The notes under the pieces: model-generated
Seen by the model: only the letters and a program-made list of their open reading frames with translations
Databases searched by the model: none
What the model was told of the DNA's origin: nothing
Program-made: the position numbers and the translations under genes
In this document: positions 11,138-25,119 of the stretch, piece after piece
Numbering within the stretch: position 1 is the first letter of the stretch
Layout: each line of letters begins with the position of its first letter
Assembly: GCA_965649825.1 (NCBI GenBank)
Contig: OZ287698.1
Span: forward strand, 1,594,668-1,658,667
Length of the DNA: 64,000 bases
Direction: 5' to 3'
From: Penicillus capitatus
Lineage: Eukaryota > Plantae > Chlorophyta

Positions 11138-14100
11138 ATGCAGGAAATGGATTCGGAGACTGTCGCATCACCATCGACCATCACTGTTGACCTATCTGCG
11201 GTTCATGAGGTGGTTGATACGGCTGTCGAATGCAGAGTGGCATTAACAGGTCGCCGTCAACAGGTCCTTACCTCAGAGACGGAAACAGGACATAGAGCCC
11301 ATGATCTCCAGGGTTCAGAAAATGCCAACGGATCGGACGGCGTCGTGCGTGACCGAGTGAACGGCAAAGAAGGGATGGGTTGTTCCTCGGCTGATCTCAA
11401 AGACGTCGGAAACGAGCAACAGTCACTGCTCTACATGAAGTCAGTGAACAACTATATCTCTCTCCTCACTCTAGGGATCTGTGTTGTAAAGGAAAGTCGA
11501 GAGGTTTATTCAGTCGCCCGAGACAGAGGAGTTTGTCTACTTGGCAATGCAGCATCCGTCTTCTGACAACTATGACCCTTATGCTCTGAGAGTTGTCCCA
11601 TACAACGATCTACAGACAGACGATTTCTTCACGTTGAGTGCGCGCGGCGTTGCCAGATTTGTCGAGAATGAGACTCAGTTCTGGGATCTGCATCGCTGGA
11701 AACACGAAGTCGCTATATTTTACAAACTAAAAAACATCAGGCTGTTCAGAATCTTTGTCACGTGGAAGACATACAGGTGAGGATGTCTTCCACGCCAGTG
11801 ATGTTGTTATCTGATGGACAATGATCAAACAGGATTTGGGGAAAGGCTGTGCGCGAAAAGAAAATGCTGAGAGCACGGAAGGCGCTTACGGACAACTATT
11901 TTCTTCTGGATACCCTGTTTCAACCATTCATGCTTCAGATCAGCGAACTCTGCCACGCTGTGAGTCATAAGAGGCTCTGTGAGATTCTACCGGAGAAATC
12001 GTATGAACTCACCGATCTCGTGTCGCAAATCCAATCATCAAAGGCTGCTGTCCAAGATGTAAGCACACCTGCCTGGCAATGCGTTTCATCTGGGTCTGTG
12101 AATGATATGCTAGTTCATTGAACAGTTTGCTGCCGATGCAACGAAGTCTGTTATCTGTGCGTGTACTGATGACATGTCGAGACTGGACAAAAAACTCGAA
12201 GACTTCAAAGCTGCGAGGCTCGAGAGCGCATCTGATAGATCGCAGACCAAAGCATCTATGCTCAGAAAAAAACGCACTGTGGCTAGACCGGCGAACTCTA
12301 CCACTGTCAGCGGCTCTGTCGGTCAAGGCAATGCTGAAAGAGAGGAGTTTGCATACACAATGGATGCCGCCAGACGGACAGAACAGAGAAAACTTGAGAG
12401 ATTCATCAACATGGTGGATCTCAGGATGTGTGACGCTGTCTATGCGATTCTGAAATCTTCCATCCAGGTCACCGGCGCATTAAATCCTTCTCTTCTTTAC
12501 GAATGTTTAAGGCAGACGCTCTGTGAAAAATGGCAATGCCGAACTACACCATTTCCCTTCCTGAAGCTTAAGGTCCTCATGGATGGAGCTTCGTTGTCTC
12601 CGCGGTTGGAACCCAATCTAGAAGACGCGCTGGTATAGAAATCATCTCAAGACTTAGGATGATGTTGGACTGATTGCCTCAAGGATGACACTGAGTGCAT
12701 GTCATCGGCATTCGTAGATGCAGTTTCTTCTCTGAATCGATTACTGAGCGTGGACGGCGTCGTCAATTTTGTATCACAGATCGAGAATACACGAGATCCT
12801 GAAGTGCTAACTGATGTTTTGCACTTCGAAGAGCATTCGAGAGAAAGAGAATGTCTTCTGCAATCTGTTAGGAATGCCTACGCAGATGTTGCTTCCTTTG
12901 CAGAGCAACTTCAACCTTTCTGGCAAGTACCCCCCTTACGACATTCCTCAACACTTGCTCTTCTAGCGACGAGATCACTCGAGAGAAGGACGATGATCTG
13001 GATGCTGTTGTCGAATCATACAAAAACAGTCTCTGCTCTCCCGCTGCTGAGTCTGCAGTAAAAAACGGTGTGTCGTCAAGAATGGTTTTTATGTGCCGCT
13101 AAGCTTCTTCTATTAGGCACAGACGAAGGACTACTGCTGCTTCGTAGAGTGCTTGTGGCATTCACGTCTCGACTGGAGTTGATCGATTCTCTTGAAGATA
13201 CTTGTGTCATCGGGCCCTTCCATATCAGTACAATGGCGCTTAAGGAGTCTTTGCGGCCATACCCATCTCGATCCCTAGCGAAGCTGAATCTGTCGATCCC
13301 TGCCACAGCTGGAGGTTAGACGACGACGCACAATTGACCTCAGCCTGCTTGATGTCCTTTCTAGAGCTGTTGATGCAGTTGGGCGATGACTTGCACATGG
13401 CAACCTCAAAATTGGAAGCCCCCGAAGAGAGTGCTGAAGAGTATGTATCGAAACTGAAGCATCTGGAAATCGTTGAAACGAGAACTGAAGAGTTTCACAA
13501 GCGCTATTCAGATATCCAACGCTTGTATGCTTTGATTGACGATTTTGGTCTGGAGGTGACTGAAATCGATCGTGCTGCTCTTCTAAATCTCGCAAACGAG
13601 TCTGCCTGCCTGATATCCGCCGCCAAAATGGTGAACGCGTCGAAAAAGAGCAAAATAGCAGGGTACATGACAGAGCTTGAAACAAGCAAGAGTGGTTTAG
13701 GGAAGACAATTAACTGACAGACACACTTGATTCGTGTAGATTTTGAAGAACTCAATGTTCTCTGTGTCGAACAACAGACAGCAGTTGAAGATAGCATCTT
13801 CTTGAGTAACCAGGCAGATTATGAAGATATTGTGCCCAACCTTAAGGAGGCCGAAGAAAAGATAGATGCTGTACAGAAGAAAGCCAAATGCATCAATGCG
13901 ATTCAGCAGTTTCTCGGAATTCCTCTGTCCTCGACAGAACAAGTGGAATGTGTTTCTTCGGCAGTCGCAATGCGATTGGAACTCTGGATTGGAAAGAAGG
14001 ACTTTGATGAAGAAACGGATGGCATCTACTCTCAGAATTTCCTCGAAGTGGATCTCGCCCACGTGGATGAACTCGTGGCACAGAATTCCAGAACAGTAAA

Positions 14101-17100
14101 CAGGCTGGAGAAAAATCTGCCAGAGAATGATCGCCTGCCGATGTTCCACGCTCGAGTGGAGCAGGTTAAGAAGCTGCTGCCGATCATAACCAGTCTCCAG
14201 AATCCAATGCTCAAACACAGACATTGGGAGAAAATCGATGACATGGTTGGAAGTCCTCTCAGCGAGAAAACCTTCTCCTTGGAAGATCTGATAGAGATGG
14301 GCATCTTGCGCTGGACTGATTGTCTTTCATCCATTGCTGCAGAGGCAAGTCAAGAAGCTTCTTTGGAACAGACCCTGCAGAAGATCATCGAGAAATGGTC
14401 GGAGACTGAGTTCATACTTCTCAATTACAAAGAATCCAAAGACACATACATACTGACTGGCGTCGATGACATCACTGCTCAGTTAGATGATAGTTTGCTG
14501 ACAATGAACACCATATCTTCTTCGAGGTCGTGCTGTTAACCATGATCATGTTGTGGTGGAAGCTTCGCATCTCCAGGTATGTCACTGGTATTCAAGCAGA
14601 GGCGGATGACGTCGATTGTCAGTTGAGTCTATTCTCGGACACCTTGGAGGAATGGCTGACATGTCAGAGAAACTGGATGTATTTGGAAAGCATCTTTTCG
14701 GCACCTGATATTCAACGACAACTACCATCGGAGGCTAAAGCATTCCATACAATCGATACACAGTTCAGAGAGATAATGAAGAAAACAAAAGAGAGACCCA
14801 ATGCTCTGAAAGCAGCCACGACCCCAGGTATCTGCCAATGCTCTTCAAATGACGCAGATGGATTCTGTGGGTGTTTGTCAGGTCGTTTGGAGATTTTTCA
14901 ATCCCACAACGAGATGCTGGAGAAAATCCAGAAGAATCTCGAAGATTACTTGGAAACAAAGAGAATCGCCTTTCCAAGATTCTACTTCTTATCGAACGAC
15001 GAGCTGCTAGAAATCTTGGCAGAAACGAAGAATGTCCAGGCCGTGCAACCTCATATGGGGAAGTGCTTTGACGGGATTCGAAAACTCGAGTTCGGTGCAG
15101 ATCCCGGAAGCATAAGCATTCTGTCGATGATATCAGGTCTCTTCAGATGCAAGGGTCTGTTGCAATGTTTACAGAGAACTGAATACAATAGGAGAGGGAG
15201 AAACCGTGTCACTCGGGAAGAATCTGAAGGCGAGAGGGAGTGTAGAGAAATGGCTAGGAGATGTTGAATCCAGAATGGTGAGTTCCTTGAAGAGATTAGC
15301 AAAGACTGCCTACCAATCCTACGCGGAATTGAAGCGGACGGAATGGCTGCTGCAACAGCCTGCACAGTTGGTTCTGACAATCAGCCAGATACGTTGGTGC
15401 GAAGACGTCGAAAGAGCATTGGAGAGATCATCCCCAGAAGCGCTGGATGAATTTTACAAAGTCTGCAGGGAGTAGGTGATTTCGAAGAATCCATACACGT
15501 GTTGTGCTTATGTCAGGAAAATGTTGCACGGTTGGCAGATCTGACAACTGTTGTGAGAGGAGAACTGTCAGAACTGCATCGCAGAATAGTCTGTGCATTG
15601 ATTACTATCGATGTCCATGCACGTGATATCGTGCATTACCTGCAAATGGAATGCACAAGCGATTGCCATCAGTTCCCTTGGCAGATGCAGCTGCGCTATT
15701 ACTGGAATAGCAATGATGAAATCGTGGCACGACAAGTACATCGAACGCACGTCAATCTTGAGCCTCTTGACCATAAATCTATCTAGGTGACAGCTTCCCA
15801 CAAGTACGGCTATGAATATCTCGGGGCCCAGTCCAGACTGGTTGTTACTCCGATGACCGATCGATGCTATATGACACTCATGGGCGCTCTTCAGCTGAAG
15901 CTTGGTGGATCTCCAGCGGGTCCTGCAGGTAACGCATACACTTACTTGTGCCAGAATCTATTGCCAAGCGATGCACTCTTTCCGCGAAGGAACTGGAAAG
16001 ACAGAGACCGTGAAGGACTTGGCAAAGGGTTTAGGAACGAACTGTGTCGTGTTCAATTGCGGAGAGAATCTCGACTGCAATTTCATGGGCAAGTTCTTCA
16101 GTGGTATTGCACAGTCAGGAGCGTGGGCGTGTCTGGACGAGTTCAATCGAATTGGTCTTGAAGTCTTGAGCGTTGTTGCCCAACAGCTATTGACAATTCA
16201 GAATGCTCTAAAAAGTAACATGCACGAATTCCACTTTGAAGGGAGATTTATCCGACTCATACCGTCCTGTGGCATCTTCATCACCATGAACCCTGGATAT
16301 GCCGGCCGAACGGAGCTGCCAGAGAACCTCAAAGCAAGTGGCACGTGTCCCGTGCTGTATATATATGATCCTTCTAGGCTCTCTTCCGTCCTGTTGCGAT
16401 GATGGTACCAGACTATGCACTCGTGGCAGAAGTCATGCTGTACTCAGAGGGGTTTGCTGATTCAAAGAATCTCTCCAGGAAGATGGTCCAGCTCTATAAA
16501 CTCTCCAGTGAGCAGTTGTCGCAGCAGGTATGATGTGGCAGATCGTCTCTGGTTCTTAATGCGTTTGAGGTGTATATCAGGATCACTACGATTTCGGAAT
16601 GCGGGCTCTGAAATCTGTTCTAGTAATGGCTGGGCGTCTCAAGAGAGCACATCCGGATTTGCAAGAGGACATTGTGCTTATCCGAGCTATGCGAGACAGC
16701 AACATTCCAAAATTCCTCCAATCCGACGTCGAACTCTTCGAGGATATCATTTCCGATCTCTTTCCAAACGTTCATCTACCTGATCAGGCACGTAGGCATT
16801 CCCAAGGTTGCTCTTCCAAATCGTTATTCTTATTTCAGTCCTATGGAGAACTGGAGTCTACCATAAGAGCCGTTCTAAGCGAAAACAAGTTGAAAGCATC
16901 GGATGTTGTGGTCAACAAATCTCTTCAGCTCTTTGAGACACTACATGTCCGCTTCGGCGTTATGCTGGTCGGTCCTGCTGGAAGAGGCAAAACCACATGC
17001 TATAAGACACTGGCATCCGCTCTCACGCAGCTGAAGTCCACGGGAAACACACATTTTCGCGAAACGCATGTTTCAGTGCTGAATCCCAAGAGTGTCACGA

Positions 17101-20100
17101 TGGGGGAACTGTACGGCGAATACAGTCCTTTGACGAATGAATGGACAGATGGACTCGCTTCGACTTTGATTCGAGCAGCCGTGAACGACACGTCTCCGGA
17201 TTTCAAGTGGATCGTATTCGATGGACCAGTAGACGCGATCTGGGTAGAGAACATGAACACAGGTATCCACCTTCTTCAACACACAGCTGTCAATCGCTTG
17301 TTGCAGTACTGGATGATAATATGACACTGTGTTTACCGAATGGCGAAAGAATCAAGTTGAATGGAGAGTCTATGCGGATGCTCTTTGAAGTGGAAGATCT
17401 GTCTGTTGCCTCTCCGGCGACTGTCAGCCGATGCGGTATGGTCTATGTGCCTGAAGAGAATGTAGGGTGGAAAGATAATCTGCACAAGTGGATGCAACAC
17501 CCTTTTTTCGATCACCTCAATGACGAAACGAAGATGACGATCGGGCAGCTCTTCGAAGAATTTGTACCACAGGGACTTCGTTTTTGGAAAGAAGAGGTCG
17601 TCTTTTGCAGACGACTGATGCTGACGGATGCTTCTGTAGGGTGATGCTTACATACCTTCTGTGGAATACAATATGGTCTCGACGCTTTGTGCTATGATGG
17701 AATCGCTGATGTTACAGAAAGACAAGACCGAGGTCTTGTTTCAGTCCACGGTTCAAGACAGCCTTCGAGCAATCAGGATGACGTTTGCTTTTTGCTTCAT
17801 CTGGTCTTTTGGCGGAAATCTCAAAGAACAGGCAAGAACGGCATTTGATGCGTTTGTTCGGGAAGCATTTCGGAAAAGTGTCCCTTTTCCAGGCAAGTTT
17901 TCGCATCTGTTTTTTCTTCTTGTTGATTCTTTTGCATCTTCTAGATCAATCATCCGTCTTCGATTTCTATGTGAAGATTGATCACTCTTCAACTCGATTC
18001 GAGAACTGGGAAGTGGCTGTCCCAAAATTTGCGTATGATAATCGACTGTCGTTTTCTGAGATCTTGGTGCCCACGATAGACACTGTTCGCTTCTCCGCAC
18101 TCCTGAGAATGTGCTTGGAAGTGGAGAAACCGGTTCTCTTCACTGGTAGGATACTTACTGCTTGCTATCTCGCGTTCAGCATCTCATTCATTATGGCTCT
18201 ACAGGAATGGCAGGTGCTGGGAAAACGGCGATTGTGAGAACTGCCCTGACTGGGACGCTGCATCGATGTCTTAATCTCTGGGCACGGACATCATCTGAAG
18301 ATGTTCAACTGTTCATGGAGCAACACCTCGAGAAAAAGCGCAAAACAAAGTAATGAAACACGATGGATGACATGCACAGACACACACTACTCGCATACAG
18401 ATTGGGTGCGCCGCCAAACAAGAGAATGATATTCTTTGTCGATGATGTGAATCTGCCGACCAAAGAGATCTATGGAGCACAGCCGCCAGTTGAGATGCTT
18501 CGTCAGTTTGAAGACTTCAAAGGGTTTTACGATCGAAAGAAGTTCTTTTGGAAAGACGTCGAGGACACAGTGCTCTGTGCTGCCTGCGCTCCACCTGGAG
18601 GAGGCCGCGAGTCTCTCCCTCAAAGATTCACTCGACACTTTGCTCTATTCTCCGTTCCTGTCCCTGGACGGCAATCCATGTTCTCCATCATCAGCAAGTT
18701 GTTGCGTGGGCACCTGAACGGCGCACAACTGCCAGATGAGAACTTGTTGGAAGGAGTGATTTGGTGCTGTATCGATGTTTACCTACGGTAAGCCTTATCC
18801 GTATCTCAGCTGGATCACACATGCGATGGTACAGAATTTCGGAGGAGCTGATGCCAACCCCAGATCGCATGCATTACACGTTCAATTTCCGCGATCTCTC
18901 TCGAGTCGTACAAGGGATGCTGTTGTTGAGTGCGGATCAGTATCTGAATTCCCAGTCCTTCATCCACGTATGGATGCACGAGACATTCCGTGTCTTCCAC
19001 GATCGCCTGATCGACAAAAAGGACAAGGACCATTTTCAACTGATCATCAACGATGTCGCAAATGCTGCTCTCCCAGCAGAACTGCTCCCAGATGTCTCCT
19101 TCGAAACGCTTCTCTTTGGAGACTTCATGAAGGCTGGAAACGAAACACGTGAAGAAAGACAATACAAAGAAATCAGCGAACCAGATGCCATAAATGCTGT
19201 CATGTATCAGCTCTTGGAGGACTACAATACGATTTATAACAAGAATCCCCTCGATCTGGTTTTCTTTGAAGATGCCATCAAGCACATTGCACGTTTGGCA
19301 CGAGTTCTGAAGATTCCGGGAGGACATGCGATGCTTGTCGGAGTTGGTGGATCTGGAAAAATATCTACGGCAAAGTTTGCCACTTTTGTCTCTGGCTGTC
19401 AGCCTTTCTCGATTGAAGTCACAAGGAATTATGGAAAAGCGGAATTCGGAGATGACCTCAGGAAACTCTGTAGACTGGCTGGAATCGAGAAGAAGCCGAC
19501 AGTATTCATTCTTTCAGACACCCAGATCGTCAGCGAATCGTTTCTAGAGGAAACAAGCATGCTGCTCGCGACAGGAGAGGTCCGTCCATCGCTGTGCTCG
19601 TAGTTTGATTCCAATATGCACCACACTAGGTACCTGGCCTCTTCGAGGATGAAGAAAAGGACCAGATCATAAACGACATGCAGAGCTCAAATGATTCACA
19701 GTTTGCGACAATGACCAAAGAAGAATGTTTCTCTGCGTTTATTAAGGGAATCAAAGAGAATCTGCATATCGTGCTGACAATGACACCAGCAGGGAGCGCC
19801 TTCAAGGAAAGGTGAGTATGGAACAACATGGAGCGCCTGCATGGTGCCATCAGGTGCCGGAGACTACCATCCTTGGTGAACTGCTGTACGATTGATTGGT
19901 TTACCCCGTGGCCACGATCGGCACTGCTCTCTGTCAGCAACAAAGTCTTGGCAGACATGGAGAACATCGATGAGCAGCAGAAAATGCACTTGGCAGAGCT
20001 CTGTGTGGAAATCCACGAGTCTGTGGCAAGCGCAGCTGAGAAATTCTATCAGGAACTGCATCGGAGATACTACATATCTCCAAAGAGCTATTTAGATTTG

Positions 20101-23100
20101 ATTCAGCTTTACAGATCTCTTCTTTCGAAGAAGAGGTAATCTGTGTCTGTGGATTGCACTTGAGTATCCATGATGTAGGTGTGAGTACAAAATGGCTCAT
20201 GACAGATTGCTGAATGGACTAAAGAAGCTCCAAGAGTGTAATGTCACCGTTGCAGAAATGCAGAAAGAACTGAAAAAACTGGAACCCGTTCTGAAAGAAC
20301 GCTCAGAATCAACGGCACAACTCGTGTTGAAGATCGCCGCAGATCAAGAAGAGGCTGAAAGAGTGAAGAGCATCATCGGTGCCGAAGAACTTGAAGTCAA
20401 GTCTATGCAAAGGGAGACGCAGGCGATTGCAGATGAAGCCAAGGCAGATCTGGAAGAGGCTCTTCCAGCACTGCAAGCAGCAGTTGACAGTCTTAAAGCC
20501 TTGAACAAGAATGATATCGTGGAGATCAAATCCTTTCCAAAGCCACCACCACTCGTCCAGATGACGATGGAAGCTGTTTGCATTTTGAAGCAGGAGAAAC
20601 CCGATTGGGACACATCAAAGAAGATTCTTGGCGATACGAACTTCATGAAGTCTCTAGAGGACTTTGACAAAGACAGGATTCCTGAATCTGTGATCAGAAG
20701 ACTGAAGAAGTACATAGACGATCCGAGCTACCTCCCTGACATCGTCGGAAAGCAGTCTTTGGCGGCGAAGTCACTTTGTATGTGGACAAGGGCAATGGAT
20801 GTTTATCACAGGTGTGGCACGTGATGTTGCCAAATACCGAATGTCGTGGTTCAGGGTGGGCAAGATGGTCAAACCGAAGCAAGAGAAGCTGAAGGAGACA
20901 GAGGAAGCCTTGGAGAAAGCAAACGCGAAACTGCAAGAAAAACAGGCATCTCTAAAAGAAGTAGAAGATCGAGTGCAAAGTGCAATTCTGTCACTTGCTT
21001 GTCAGTGATTTTTGAATGGCAACCGTTTCAGATCTTCGTGATGAACTTGCCCAAGCAGAAAACGATCAGAAGCAGTTGAAAGAGCAAGCTGCTTTGACAG
21101 AACTGCGTCTTACGAGAGCAGGAAAGTTGACATCTGCGCTCGAGATTGAAGGACAGCGTTGGCAAGAAACGGCAACACAGATCCAACAAGATACTGAGTT
21201 GCTTGTCGGCGACGTTTTTCTGGCAGCTGCTTGTGTGTCCTACGTTGGCGCTTTTACAGGTCCCTACAGGTGCCATCCGTCCCATCAGCATCTCCAAGGA
21301 CACACGTTCTGTTCTGGTGGTCTAGGGAAGAACTCGTCAGACAGTGGATGGGTATGTGTCAAGAACATGGAGTGGCTGTTTCCTCAAAATTCGCTTTACG
21401 AAGCATACTGTCGTCAGCAATTGAAATCCGAGAGTGGAGTATATGTGGACTGCCATCAGACAGTGTTTCATGCGACAATGCAATCCTTGTCTGTCACACA
21501 AAGCGCTGGCCACTCTTGATCGACCCACAGGTGCCTTGCAATCGAACCCGCTTGTCTTCTCAGATGATGTAAACAGGAGCAAGCAAACACATGGATCAAA
21601 GCCCTGTCAGCCAGAGAAGGCCTTCGGGCAATCAAACGCACAGATGCGAACTTCCTAAGGGTGATTGAAAACAGTATTCGTGCCGGAAACCCAGTCCTCT
21701 TGGAAGATGTTGGCGAAGAACTGGATCCTTCTCTCGAACCTGTCCTGCAGAAATCAACATTCCTGAGAGATGGAAGACTGATGATACGCCTGGGAGATAC
21801 AGACGTGGATTATGACGAGGGATTTAGATTCTACATGACAACGAAACTGCCAAATCCTCATTACCTGCCGGAGACATGCATCAAAGTTACGCTCATTAAC
21901 TTCACCGTTACGATGAAGGCACGTCGTCTCTTTTGCCGATCCTACTGCATCTGTCACACTTCTGACAGGGCTTGGAGGATCAACTATTGAGTGAAGTGAT
22001 CAGAAGAGAGCGTCCAGATCTGGAGGAACAAAGGGATCAATTAGTTGTGAGCATCTCGCAAGACAAACAGGAATTGAGTGCACTGGAGGATCGCATCCTC
22101 ATGCTCTTGAAAGAGAGTGAAGGCAACATCCTGGATGACGAACAACTGATTGACGTCCTCAACAACTCAAAGCAGACATCGAATACGATCAAAGTAAATA
22201 TAAAGCAGTTGCCTCTCCCTTCAGCAAGGGTGTCTGTCAGGATCGTGTTCGAGATGCAGAAGTGACTGAGCGTTCCATCAACGATACCCGGGAACTCTAT
22301 CGTCCAGCTGCCGTGAGGGGTGCCGTGCTGTTCTTTGTGGTTGCAGACATGGCAGCCATCTCACCAATGTACCAGTATTCCTTGAGCTACTTCACAAGAC
22401 TCTTCGTCCACTGCATTGATGCCAGTCCTGTCTCAGACAACGTCGCGGATCGACTAAAGAATCTGAACAGCTTTACGACGCAGTATTTATTCGAAAATGT
22501 TCAGCGGGGTTTGTTTGAAGACCACAAGACAATTTTCAGTTTTCTGATATGCACCAGCATTCTGAGACGATCTCATAGCGAAGAGATAACGGAGAAGGAA
22601 TGGAGTCTCTTTACGAGAGGTGATGCTGTTGATGCAAAACGAATGTCACGAAGCTCGCGTTTCACCTTCGGCTGTAGGGATCCCCGATATTCAGGATAGT
22701 CCTAAGCCTCCAAGCATGACATGGCTTTCTCAGCATGCCTGGAATTCCTTATCCCACTTGGACAAGCACCTCCATGCATTTCAAGGAATTCTGCAGAGCT
22801 TCCGGAAAGAACCTGATCAATGGAGAGCTTGGTACAGAACCGACACGTAAACGATGATCATATTCAGTGGCCATGTCTATACTGTAGGATGACCTCGTCT
22901 AACTTGTACTCTGTTCCTTTACCGGCACATTGGTCCTCTTACCTCTCTCCGTTTCAAAGACTCATACTCGCGAAGATCATAAAGGCAGAGGATCTGCTTC
23001 GTTCCGTTATCGCTTTTATCTCAGAGATGCTGGGCAACGGATTCGTGGAGCCCAGTCCATGGAATTTGGATGACGTCTTTCCAGATACAAACCGTGGCAC

Positions 23101-25038
23101 GCCTACCATCTTCGTTCTCAGTCCTGGCGCTGATCCAACATCTGCACTCCAAAGATTTGCAAGGGGGAAGGGATGGTCTCCTGGTGAAAGACTGCATCTG
23201 ATCTCTATGGGACAAGGCCAAGGAAGAATCGCAGAAAGGGTCATAGGTCAGGCTGTCAAGTCTGGAGATTGGATCTGTCTCCAGAACTGCCACGTTGCAA
23301 CATCGTGGTTTGGAAAACTCGAACGGATCGTCGAAGACATCATCTCCAATTCTCAAGTGCATCCAGACTTTCGTCTCTGGCTCACAGCAATGCCGTCTGA
23401 GCATTTTCCTGTCTCAGTACTCCAGAATGGCATCAAACTCACAACAGAGCCGCCAATGGGCATCAAGGCTAATCTTGTGAAAGCGTACGCGGATTTGACG
23501 GCAAAAGAGTTTGATGCCTGTCCCAGTCATCCATGGGAATGGCGGCAGCTGTTTTTTGCCATTTCCCTCTTTCATGCCGTCGTCTTGCAAAGACGCAAAT
23601 TCGGTTCCCTGGGATGGAATGTACCCTATGACTTCAGTGCTGGGGATATGGATTGTTCGCTTTCTACCGTCAAGCTCTATCTGGATAAAGATGTCAAGGA
23701 TCAGATTCCGTGGACGGCATTGAGATACCTTATTGGAGAGATTCACTATGGCGGGAGAGTGACGGATGCATGGGATCGTCGCTGTCTGCTTTCAACATTG
23801 CGACACTATGTTCACCCTGACGTCCTGGATGACAGTAGCAATTCTGATTGGCATGGCATCTACCATCCTCCTGTGGGCGATACCATCGACGATCAGAGAG
23901 CATGCATCACGCAGATTGCTGGATCAGAAACGCCAGATATTTTTGGTCTGCATGCCAATGCAGAAACCACTCTGCGTTTGCAAGAGAGTCGAAAACTCAT
24001 GCATGCTGTCTGCGCATTACAACCGCGCCTTATATTCACCGGTGATGGTCAGAGCGAAGATGAAGATGGCGTGGTGGTCATCATCAATGGTCTCTTACAA
24101 AACCTGGCACCGCGATTGGACAAAGCCAAGTGCTCAGATGGACTGTTTGATAAGAATGAGAGCGGTCAGCGCAGTTCACTCGCAGTGGTCTTGGCCCGAG
24201 AAGTGGACAGAATGAACCGGTTCCTGCCAACTTCCAACATGCATCGCACTGAGGTCTCTCGTGGCTGTCTGCAGGTTGACAGACACGATCCATGCGAGCT
24301 TGGTGGAACTGAAACGGGCGATTCAAGGATTGGTAATGATGACGCCAGAGATGGAAGATACACATGTCTCGCTGTCAGAGAACTGTGTTCCCTTGCAGTG
24401 GAAAAGGGTGGCGTATCCATCCAACAAGAGCTTGGCGTCATGGATGAGAGATTACTGCCAACGTGCAGAATTCATGCGCCAGTGGCTTGAAGAGAGACAG
24501 CCAAAGAGTTTCTGGCTAAGTGGTTTCTTCTTTCCCCAAGTGACACATCGCCACATCTTTGCTGGATGATTCATGTACTGCACATCTGCAGGGCTTCTTG
24601 ACCGGTGTCCTACAACAGCATGCAAGAAAACACAACTTGGCCATTGATACACTGAGTTTCGAAACTCGAGTTACAGAGTGGACAAGCGTGGAGCAGATCA
24701 CAGCAGCACCAGAGGATGGCGTTCTTATCCACGGACTCTACTTGGAGAGCGGTCAATGGAATTCTGAACAATCTTGTCTGTCCGATGCAGAAAGCGGCAT
24801 CATGCACTCAGAGATGCCAATCATTCATCTGAGACCGATCCAGACGGGTGCGAATGATGAAAGGGATCAGGCCTACAGTTGTCCCCTGTATAAGACAACA
24901 CAACGTGCAGGTGCCCTGTCAACGACTGGGCAAAGCACCAATCATGTGGCGACGCTCCGACTGCCAATGGATCCCAACACCAGTGAAGGTTTCTGGATCC
25001 TGAGAGCCACTGCCTTAATTTGTGCATTAGACGATTAA
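11138..25038 (+). CDS. Axonemal inner-arm dynein heavy chain, DNAH6-like, about 30 short introns
   Basis: AAA1 [23 protein letters not shown] and [20 protein letters not shown]; AAA2 GPAGRGKTT; AAA3 GMAGAGKT and FVDDVNLP; AAA4 GVGGSGK; stalk [11 protein letters not shown]; C-terminal [24 protein letters not shown]-tail [19 protein letters not shown] is typical of the DNAH6 class. TAA stop at 25036-25038. Exact start uncertain. Confidence 0.97.
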
Positions 25039-25119
25039 CGCATTTCTAAACGCATTTGTATGTGATTGCCGCAGCAGGGAAAGTGGCACAGCAAGACCTG
25101 TACGAAACGACGCGTCAAA

